The notes under the pieces: generated by a model
The model's input: only the letters and a program-made list of their open reading frames with translations
Told to the model about the DNA's origin: nothing
Databases searched by the model: none
Source of the DNA: a virus
Lineage: Duplodnaviria > Heunggongvirae > Uroviricota > Caudoviricetes
Strand: one strand, 5' to 3'
IMG/VR virus record: IMGVR_UViG_2541047779_000001
DNA length: 36,485 bases
Translations under genes and position numbers: made by a program
Shown: one piece after another, positions 28,680 through 36,485 of the stretch
Layout: each line of letters opens with the position of its first letter
How positions within the stretch are numbered: the stretch's first letter is position 1

Positions 28680-31600
28680 CTGCGTCTGCAGGTCATTCTT
28701 AATGCGGTTGACAAGCTCACCCGCCCATTTCGATCTGCGCAGGCCAGTTCAAGAGAACTGGCTGCTGCTGTCAAAAAATCCCGCGATGCAATAAAGCAGC
28801 TTGATCAGGCCGGGAGCAGTCTGGACAGCTTCCGAAAGCTGCAGGCAGAAAATCAGAAATTAGGCGACAGGCTGAACTATGCCCGCCAGCGTGCAAATTT
28901 GCTCAGTCAGGAACTGGGAGCGATGGGGCCGCCTTCGCAACGTCAGGTTGTTGCTCTGGGCCGTCAACGGCTGGCTGTTCAGCGCCTGGAAGAACGCCAG
29001 AAAAAGCTGCAGCAGCAGACGGCGCTTGTGCGTGCTGAACTGTACCGGGCGGGAATTTCTGCGAAAGACGATGCGGGAGCAACTGCCCGTTTAGCCCGTG
29101 AAACATCACGTTATAACCAGGAACTTTCGAAACAGGAGGCGCGGCTGAAGCGACTGGGGGAAGCTCAGCGCAGGATGAATGCAGCGCGTGCCAGTTATGC
29201 CCGTTCGCTGGAGGTGCGTGATCGTATTGCAGGTGCCGGAGCCACCACCACGGCTGCAGGGCTGGCAATGGGTGCGCCAGTGATGGCGGCAGTAAAAAGC
29301 TATACCAGCATGGAAGATGCCATGAAAGGTGTGGCAAAGCAGGTCAATGGTCTGCGTGACGATAATGGCAACCGCACTGCACGTTTTTATGAAATGCAGG
29401 ATGCCATCAAGGCTGCCAGCGAACAGTTGCCGATGGAAAACGGTGCGGTGGACTTCGCTGCACTGGTTGAAGGTGGTGCGCGCATGAACGTCGCAAACCC
29501 TGACGACAGCTGGGAAGATCAGAAACGTGACCTGCTGGCCTTCGCCAGTACGGCAGCAAAGGCGGCAACAGCCTTTGAGTTGCCAGCGGATGAACTGTCA
29601 GAAAGTCTGGGGAAAATCGCCCAGCTCTACAAAATCCCCACCCGCAATATTGAACAGCTCGGTGATGCGCTGAACTATCTGGATGATAACGCCATGTCGA
29701 AAGGGGCAGACATCATTGATGTGATGCAACGTCTGGGCGGTGTGGCTGACCGTCTGGATTATCGTAAAGCGGCGGCGCTGGGTTCCACCTTCCTGACACT
29801 GGGCGCTGCGCCAGAGGTTGCAGCCAGTGCAGCAAACGCGATGGTGCGTGAATTGTCCATTGCCACCATGCAAAGCAAGAGTTTCTTTGAAGGGATGAAT
29901 CTGCTGAAACTCAATCCTGAAGTGATTGAAAAGCAGATGACGAAGGATGCGATGGGAACCATCCAGCGCGTGCTGGAGAAGGTAAACGCGCTGCCGCAGG
30001 ACAAGCGCCTGTCTGCCATGACTATGTTGTTTGGTAAAGAGTTTGGCGATGACGCGGCGAAACTGGCAAACAACCTGCCGGAACTGCAGCGTCAGTTAAA
30101 ACTGACAGCGGGCAATGATGCGCTCGGTTCCATGCAGAAAGAATCCGACATCAACAAAGACTCACTTTCTGCTCAGTGGTTGCTGGTCAAAACCGGAACG
30201 CAGAACACCTTCAGTAGCCTGGGCGAAACGCTGCGCCAGCCGCTGATGGATATTCTGTACACGGTGAAAAGTGTTACGGGAGCGTTGCGTCGCTGGGTGG
30301 AAGCTAACCCGGAACTGACGGGCACACTGATGAAAGTAGCCGCTATTGTGGCTGCGGTTACCGTAGGCCTCGGCACCTTAGCGGTGGCGCTGGCTGCAGT
30401 GCTGGGGCCGCTGGCAGTCATCCGTCTGGGATTCTCTGTGCTGGGTATCAAAACGTTATCTTCCGTTACGGCAGCAGTAACACGAACCAGCAGCGCGTTG
30501 TCCTGGCTGGCTGGCGCTCCACTGGCACTGCTGCGACGCGGGCTTGCTTCATCGGGCAACGCAGCGGGTTTACTTACTGCGCCGTTGTCGTCTTTGCGCC
30601 GCACGGCATCACTGACGGGGAATGTCCTGAAAACTGTAGCAGTTGTGCCGGTTGCACTGTTGCGGTCTGGATTATCCGGTTTACGTGCTGTTGCTGTGAT
30701 GTTTATGAATCCACTGGCAGCACTACGCGGTGGACTGGCTGCCGCAGGCTCGGTGCTGCGAGTACTGGCATCCGGTCCGCTGGCGATGCTGCGCGTTGCC
30801 CTGTATGCCATATCTGGTCTGTTAGGTGCTCTGCTCAGTCCGATAGGTCTTGTGGTTACTGCACTGGCGGGCGTGGCGCTGGTTGTCTGGAAATACTGGC
30901 AACCCATCACCGCATTTCTCGCTGGTGTGGTGGAAGGATTCAAAGCGGCGGCAGGTCCCATCAGTGCAGCATTCGAACCACTTAAGCCTGTGTTTCAGTG
31001 GATTGGCGACAAAGTGCAGGCGTTGTGGGGCTGGTTTACTGATCTGCTGACGCCCGTTAAGTCGACCTCTGCCGAACTGCAGAGCGCAGCGGCAATGGGG
31101 CGACGATTCGGGGAGGCACTGGCGGAAGGGCTGAATATGGTCATGCATCCGCTGGACTCCCTGAAATCCGGCGTTTCCTGGTTGCTGGAGAAACTCGGCG
31201 TTGTCAGTAAAGAGGCCGCAAAGGCGAAACTACCGGAAAGTGTGACGCGTCAGCAACCTGCGACGGTGAATACAGACGGTAAAGTGATGATGCCATCGGG
31301 TGGTTTTCCGTCATGGGGATATGGCTTTGCGGGGATGTATGACAGCGGCGGCTATATCCCGCGCGGGCAGTTTGGCATCGTCGGTGAAAACGGGCCGGAA
31401 ATTGTTAACGGCCCGGCAAACGTGACCAGCCGGAGAAATACAGCTGCACTGGCTGCCGTTGTCGCCGGAATGATGGGTGTTGCTGCCGCGCCAGCAGAGC
31501 TTCCACCGTTGCATCCTTTGGCGCTTCCCGCGAAAGGCGGTGAAGCGATGGTGAGTCGTGCAGCTACTGTGCCGCCCATTTACCGGATTGAAGCACCGAC

Positions 31601-31742
31601 GCAGATCATCATCCAGACACAGCCAGGACAAAGTGCGCAGGATATTGCGCGGGAGGTGGCCCGCCAGCTTGATGAACGTGAACGCAGGCTGAAGGCAAAA
31701 GCCAGGAGTAACTACAGCGATCAGGGGGGATACGACGCATGA
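28665..31742 (+). CDS. T: Tail tape measure protein T
   Basis: 1025-aa protein with coiled-coil N-terminus and Ala/Gly/Leu-rich hydrophobic repeats, after the E/E' chaperone. Confidence 0.9.
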   Translation: MSDNNLRLQVILNAVDKLTRPFRSAQASSRELAAAVKKSRDAIKQLDQAGSSLDSFRKLQAENQKLGDRLNYARQRANLLSQELGAMGPPSQRQVVALGRQRLAVQRLEERQKKLQQQTALVRAELYRAGISAKDDAGATARLARETSRYNQELSKQEARLKRLGEAQRRMNAARASYARSLEVRDRIAGAGATTTAAGLAMGAPVMAAVKSYTSMEDAMKGVAKQVNGLRDDNGNRTARFYEMQDAIKAASEQLPMENGAVDFAALVEGGARMNVANPDDSWEDQKRDLLAFASTAAKAATAFELPADELSESLGKIAQLYKIPTRNIEQLGDALNYLDDNAMSKGADIIDVMQRLGGVADRLDYRKAAALGSTFLTLGAAPEVAASAANAMVRELSIATMQSKSFFEGMNLLKLNPEVIEKQMTKDAMGTIQRVLEKVNALPQDKRLSAMTMLFGKEFGDDAAKLANNLPELQRQLKLTAGNDALGSMQKESDINKDSLSAQWLLVKTGTQNTFSSLGETLRQPLMDILYTVKSVTGALRRWVEANPELTGTLMKVAAIVAAVTVGLGTLAVALAAVLGPLAVIRLGFSVLGIKTLSSVTAAVTRTSSALSWLAGAPLALLRRGLASSGNAAGLLTAPLSSLRRTASLTGNVLKTVAVVPVALLRSGLSGLRAVAVMFMNPLAALRGGLAAAGSVLRVLASGPLAMLRVALYAISGLLGALLSPIGLVVTALAGVALVVWKYWQPITAFLAGVVEGFKAAAGPISAAFEPLKPVFQWIGDKVQALWGWFTDLLTPVKSTSAELQSAAAMGRRFGEALAEGLNMVMHPLDSLKSGVSWLLEKLGVVSKEAAKAKLPESVTRQQPATVNTDGKVMMPSGGFPSWGYGFAGMYDSGGYIPRGQFGIVGENGPEIVNGPANVTSRRNTAALAAVVAGMMGVAAAPAELPPLHPLALPAKGGEAMVSRAATVPPIYRIEAPTQIIIQTQPGQSAQDIAREVARQLDERERRLKAKARSNYSDQGGYDA

Positions 31743-32224
31743 TGATGGTGCTGGGATTGTACGTGTTTATGCTGCGCACCGTGCCGTATCAGGAGCTGCA
31801 GTATCAGCGCAGCTGGCGACATGCGGCTAACAGCCGGGTTAACCGACGCCCGTCAACGCAGTTTCTGGGACCGGATAACGACATGCTGACGCTTTCTGGC
31901 GTTCTTATGCCGGAAATAACAGGCGGCAGGCTGTCGTTGCTGGCACTGGAGCAGATGGCAGAACAGGGGAAAGCATGGCCACTGATTGAAGGCAGCGGCA
32001 CGATTTACGGCATGTATGTGATTGAGGGACTGAATCAGACTAAAACGGAGTTTTTCCGTGACGGTATGCCGCGCCGGATTGAGTTTACCCTGTCGCTCAA
32101 ACGGGTGGATGAATCCCTGTCCGATATGTTCGGTGATCTCAGTTCGCAGCTGAATAATCTGCAGGACACGGCAACATCTGCATTAAGCGATATCAGTAAA
32201 ACGGTGGGAGGGCTGCTGTCATGA
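31739..32224 (+). CDS. U: Tail protein U
   Basis: Position and size after T; overlapping start. Confidence 0.8.
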   Translation: MMMVLGLYVFMLRTVPYQELQYQRSWRHAANSRVNRRPSTQFLGPDNDMLTLSGVLMPEITGGRLSLLALEQMAEQGKAWPLIEGSGTIYGMYVIEGLNQTKTEFFRDGMPRRIEFTLSLKRVDESLSDMFGDLSSQLNNLQDTATSALSDISKTVGGLLS

Positions 32225-33321
32225 ATTTCAGCTCTGAACTGCTTAACAAAGGCAACAAAACTCCGGCATTCAGCATCAGTATTGAAGGCAAGGATATCAC
32301 CACTGTGCTGGACAACCGCCTGATGAGTTTGACGCTGACGGACAATCGGGGCTTTGAAGCGGACCAGCTTGATCTGGAGCTGGACGACGCCGACGGAAAA
32401 ATCGTGCTGCCGCGCCGTGGTGCGGTTATTACGCTGGCGCTGGGCTGGAAGGGGCAGCCGCTTTTCCCGAAAGGGGCATTCACGGTGGACGAGATTGAAC
32501 ACACTGGCGCACCGGACCGCCTGACTATCCGGGCGCGAAGTGCTGATTTTCGTGAAACGCTGAATACCCGCCGTGAAAAATCGTGGCATAACACCACTGT
32601 CGGGGAAGTGGTGAAGGAAATAGCCGCGCGTCACAAGCTGAAGATGGCACTGGGTAAAGACCTGTCGGATAAGCCCGTGGAACATATAGACCAGACTAAT
32701 GAGAGTGACGGCAGTTTTCTGATGCGGCTGGCGCGCCAGTACGGTGCTATTGCGTCGGTGAAAAATGGCAATCTGTTATTCATCCGGCAGGGGCAGGGCA
32801 AAAGCGCCACTGGTAAACCACTGCCGGTGATCTCTATCACACGCAAGGACGGCGACAGTCACCGCTTTACCCTGGCAGATCGCGGAGCCTACACGGGCGT
32901 AATTGCCAGCTGGTTGCATACCCGCGAACCCGCGAAGAAAGAAAGCACCACGGTGAAGCGTAAGCGCAGGACTAAGAAGCAGAAGAAAGAGCCGGAAGCG
33001 AAGCAGGGCGATTACCTGGTGGGTACGGATGAAAACGTGCTGGTACTTAATCGCACCTATGCCAATCGGAGTAACGCCGAACGGGCAGCGAAAATGCAGT
33101 GGGAACGCCTGCAACGCGGTGTTGCGTCATTCTCGCTACAACTGGCGGAAGGGCGGGCAGATCTCTACACGGAAATGCCAGTGAAAGTCAGTGGCTTTAA
33201 ACAGCCGATAGATGATGCGGAATGGACTATTACCACCCTGACGCATACTGTCAGCCCGGATAACGGTTTTACGACCAGTCTGGAGCTTGAAGTGAAGATT
33301 GATGATTTCGAAATGGAATGA
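32221..33321 (+). CDS. D: Tail protein D (late control D family)
   Basis: 366-aa protein after U. Confidence 0.85.
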   Translation: MNFSSELLNKGNKTPAFSISIEGKDITTVLDNRLMSLTLTDNRGFEADQLDLELDDADGKIVLPRRGAVITLALGWKGQPLFPKGAFTVDEIEHTGAPDRLTIRARSADFRETLNTRREKSWHNTTVGEVVKEIAARHKLKMALGKDLSDKPVEHIDQTNESDGSFLMRLARQYGAIASVKNGNLLFIRQGQGKSATGKPLPVISITRKDGDSHRFTLADRGAYTGVIASWLHTREPAKKESTTVKRKRRTKKQKKEPEAKQGDYLVGTDENVLVLNRTYANRSNAERAAKMQWERLQRGVASFSLQLAEGRADLYTEMPVKVSGFKQPIDDAEWTITTLTHTVSPDNGFTTSLELEVKIDDFEME

Positions 33322-33411
33322 TTCTTCGCAATGGAGAACTTTTAAGTTTTCAAAATGGAATAATGCGGTATCATTATTGTGAATTTAGCAAAAATGGGGA
33401 GAACTCGAAAA

Positions 33412-33630
33412 ATGATGATTTGCCCACTGTGTGGAAGTGCCGCCCATACTCGCAGCAGTTTTCAGGTATCTTCATTGACCAAAGAGCGTTACAACCAGTG
33501 CCAGAACATTAACTGCAGCCATACTTTTGTTACTCATGAAACTTTTGTTCGTTCGATTGCAACGCCAAAAGAGTCAAATCCGGTTCAGCCGCATCCAATG
33601 AAATCAGGACAGGTGGCGCTCTCTCTTTGA
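33412..33630 (+). CDS. ogr: Late gene transcription activator, zinc finger (Ogr / 186 B family)
   Basis: 72 aa from the ATG at 33412: MMICPLCGSAAHTRSS...QCQNINCSHTF with Cys4 spacing like P2 Ogr. ORF-track start at 33379 is a GTG. Confidence 0.85.
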   Translation: MMICPLCGSAAHTRSSFQVSSLTKERYNQCQNINCSHTFVTHETFVRSIATPKESNPVQPHPMKSGQVALSL

Positions 33631-33633
33631 CGC

Positions 33634-33656
33634 TGCCGCCATTTTGTCGCCATCGT
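33634..33656. repeat. Putative attR core (direct repeat partner of 20..42)
   Basis: cgctgccgccattttgtcgccat, 4 bp after the ogr stop. Confidence 0.5.
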
Positions 33657-33710
33657 TAAAAAACAGTGCTTCTAACATCATGATTTTAAAGAGCATAAAT
33701 TTCAGGCAAC

Positions 33711-33753
33711 AAAAAACCCATCAACCTTGAACCGAAATGGCGGGGTTGATGGG
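33711..33753 (-). terminator. Probable rho-independent terminator of ybjL
   Basis: Minus strand reads cccatcaacc - loop - ggttgatggg followed by ttttttgttg. Confidence 0.45.
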
Positions 33754-33865
33754 CTCCACAAAATGGGGACATCAAAGAAAAGCAGTGGCACTAATTAAGA
33801 CTGATGCCCTGCGGAAAAGTTCTGCGGTTGTACAAAAAAATTTCATTTTCAGGGCAACTTCAGTT

Positions 33866-35551
33866 TTATCCTAATCCTGGCCATACCATGACGATGATTG
33901 TCCCTGCCAGCGTCAGCAGGACGTTGGCGATTGCATAGGTGCCCGCATAGCCCAGCGCCGGGATGTTACTGCGAGCTGTATCACTGATGATCTCCATTGC
34001 CGGCGCGCAGGTGCGTGCGCCCATCATTGCGCCGAACAACAGTGCGCGGTTCATTCGCAATACATAAGCACCGAACAAGAAACAGATAACCACTGGCACA
34101 AGACTGACAATCAATCCGGCAATCAACATCTGACCGCCAATCGCGCCCAGGCCGTTATTAATACCGCTACCGGCGCTCAGACCAACGCCTGCCATAAACA
34201 CCATTAAGCCGAACTCTTTCACCATGCTTAATGCACCCTGCGGAATGTAACCGAAGGTCGGGTGGTTAGCGCGCATAAATCCCAGCATAATTCCGGCGAA
34301 TAACAACCCGGCAGCGTTCCCCATGCCGAAACTGAATGTGCTGAACTGGAAGGTGATCATCCCGATCATCAGCCCAATAACAAAGAAGGCGCAGAATGCC
34401 AGCAAGTCAGTGACCTGGCTGTGAATCGAGATAAAGCCGATGCGATCGGCGATGGTTTTTACGCGACGGGCATCGCCGCTGACTTGTAAAACGTCACCTT
34501 TGTTAAGCACGACGTTGTCATCTATCGGCATCTCAATCTGGCTACGAATGACGCGGTTAAGGAAGCAACCGTGATCGGTCAACTTCAGTTGTGCGAGACG
34601 TTTGCCCACGGCGTTATGGTTTTTAACGACCACTTCTTCAGTGACGATACGCATGTCGAGAAGGTCACGATCGAAAACTTCTTTGCCGTTACGGAAGCTG
34701 GGATCGAGTCGTGCGTGGGCGTCGGGATAGCCTACCAACGCTATTTCATCGCCCATTTGTAGCACAGCATCACCGTCTGGATTCGCCAGAATCCCGTTAC
34801 GTCGAATACGTTCAATGTAGCAGCCAGTTTGTCGATAAATACCCAGTTCACGCAGATTTTTGCCGTCGGTCCAGGCCACCAGCTCCGGGCCGACGCGGTA
34901 GGCGCGGATCACCGGTAAATAAACCTTACGGTTGGCATCAGTGTCCAGGCCACGTTCGCGGGCGATTTGCTGGGCGCTGGTCTGTAAGTCCTGATGCTGC
35001 AATTTCGGCAAGTAACGCGCACCAACAATCAAACTCACCAGACCGATTAAATAGGTTAAGGCATACCCGAGGCTCAGATTATCCAGTGCCAGTGAGAGCT
35101 GCCTGCTTTCCATGCCGGAATGACGCAGTGTATCGCCAGCACCGACCAGAACCGGTGTCGACGTCATAGAGCCAGCTAACATACCGGCCGTCAGGCCAAT
35201 ATCCCAGCCAAACAGCTTACCTAACCCTAAGGCGATCACCAGCGCACTGCCAACCATCACCAGTGCTAACATTAGGTAATTTTTCCCATCGCGAAAAAAA
35301 ATGGAAAAAAAGTTCGGTCCGGCTTCGACCCCGACGCAGAAAATAAACAGCATAAAGCCAAGATTAAGCGCGTCGGTGTTAATGCTGAAATGTTGTTGGC
35401 CTAATAACAGCGATACGACTAAAACGCCAATGGAATTACCCAGTTGGATCGAACCAAGTCGTAATTTCCCGAGACATAGCCCAAGCGCGAGGACCACAAA
35501 TAATAACAGAATGTAATTCCCATTTAACAATTCGGCGACGTTTATATTCAC
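33866..35551 (-). CDS. ybjL: AspT/YidE/YbjL-family transporter (host)
   Basis: 561-aa polytopic membrane protein with two TrkA-C-like central domains; matches my recollection of E. coli YbjL. Confidence 0.8.
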
Positions 35552-35820
35552 GGAGGCTAACTTCTTGTTTACTAGTAAGCTGTTGAAAGAAATGGTAATT
35601 TACGATAATGTTTTTTACCAGAATTCAGGGCGCAGATTCATTCAGCGCACCTAAACGATAGTAAAGTAACAATATATTTTACTAGTGTAATCACATTAGG
35701 TATCAACGGCTATATGAATTGCGTTGGCCTATATTAGCATGGAATGCGAAGCGGCTTTATCTTACTGAACGCCACACTGGCGAAAAATGTGTTCGATAGA
35801 CGCAGTGTCAGGAGGAACGA

Positions 35821-36198
35821 GTGAAACATAAACAACGTTGGGCGGGGGCAATCTGCTGTTTTGTCCTCTTCATTGTGGTGTGTCTTTTTCTGGCGACGCA
35901 CATGAAAGGCGCTTTTCGGGCTGCCGGGCATCCTGAAATCGGTTTGCTATTTTTCATTCTTCCTGGTGCAGTTGCCAGCTTCTTTTCACATCGTAGAGAA
36001 GTCCTGAAACCTCTGTTTGGCGCAATGCTGGCGGCACCCTGTTCGATGCTCATTATGCGGCTGTTTTTTTCACCGACGCGCTCATTCTGGCAAGAGCTGG
36101 CATGGTTATTAAGTGCGGTGTTCTGGTGTGCGCTGGGGGCATTGTGTTTCTTATTTATCAGTAGCTTGTTTAAACCACAGCACAGAAAAAATCAATAA
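35821..36198 (+). CDS. ybjM: Inner membrane protein YbjM (host)
   Basis: 125-aa hydrophobic protein, GTG start after AGGAGG RBS, between ybjL and grxA as in E. coli. Confidence 0.65.
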   Translation: MKHKQRWAGAICCFVLFIVVCLFLATHMKGAFRAAGHPEIGLLFFILPGAVASFFSHRREVLKPLFGAMLAAPCSMLIMRLFFSPTRSFWQELAWLLSAVFWCALGALCFLFISSLFKPQHRKNQ

Positions 36199-36227
36199 AG
36201 CCCTCAACGCGAGGGCTTGTCAGACGA

Positions 36228-36485
36228 TCAGGCGTCCAGATTCTCTTTCACCCATGCAGCAAAATCGGTATAGCCGCCGATATGTTGCTGATCGACAAAA
36301 ATCTGCGGCACGGTTTCTACGGGTTTACCTGCCTTTTGTTGTAGATCTTCTTTAGTGATCCCTTCCGCACGAATATCTACATACTGATACTGGAAATCAT
36401 CGCGCTCATTGCTCAATTTCTCGGCCAGATCTTTTGCACGCACACAGTAAGGGCAACCCGGACGACCAAAAATAACGGTTTGCAT
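36228..36485 (-). CDS. grxA: Glutaredoxin 1 (host)
   Basis: 85-aa protein with active site CPYC (MQTVIFGRPGCPYCVRAK...). Confidence 0.85.
   Translation of the reverse strand: MQTVIFGRPGCPYCVRAKDLAEKLSNERDDFQYQYVDIRAEGITKEDLQQKAGKPVETVPQIFVDQQHIGGYTDFAAWVKENLDA

Larger units (their letters stand above)
1..33656. mobile_element. P2/186-family prophage; ends inferred from imperfect 23-bp direct repeats at 20..42 and 33634..33656
   Basis: Contiguous P2-type gene order from int to ogr, flanked by host genes on the right. Left boundary is approximate because the window starts at the int stop codon. Confidence 0.85.

Noticed and set aside
30173-30961. 262-aa minus-strand ORF inside the tape measure gene
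   Set aside because: Ala/Ser/Thr/Pro-rich antisense frame of a repetitive GC-rich gene.
33631-33865. Looked for a tRNA or tmRNA integration target at the prophage right end
   Set aside because: No cloverleaf-like structure or conserved tRNA motifs seen by eye; only the direct repeat and a host terminator.

Overview
Almost the whole window is one P2/186-family prophage (about 33.6 kb), followed by E. coli-type host genes ybjL, ybjM and grxA. The prophage runs: tyrosine integrase, 186-type immunity switch (CI, Apl/Cox-like, CII), early genes including a TraR-like zinc finger and a Dam-like methyltransferase, replication gene A, a LexA-boxed Tum/DinI-like SOS module, then the full P2-type late set (Q, P, O, N, M, L, X, lysis cassette, R, S, V, W, J, I, H, FI, FII, E/E', T, U, D, ogr). 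Two things stand out. First, an AT-rich cargo island between a cos-like site and portal gene Q encodes an AAA+ ATPase plus an S8 subtilisin-like peptidase, the architecture of the Iet (ietAS) antiphage family. Second, the invertible tail-fibre segment next to a Hin/Gin-type invertase is filled with about 1.8 kb of extremely strand-asymmetric, A+C-rich sequence with no credible genes. All calls rest on reading the ORF translations and sequence by eye and on motifs recalled from memory; no searches were run.
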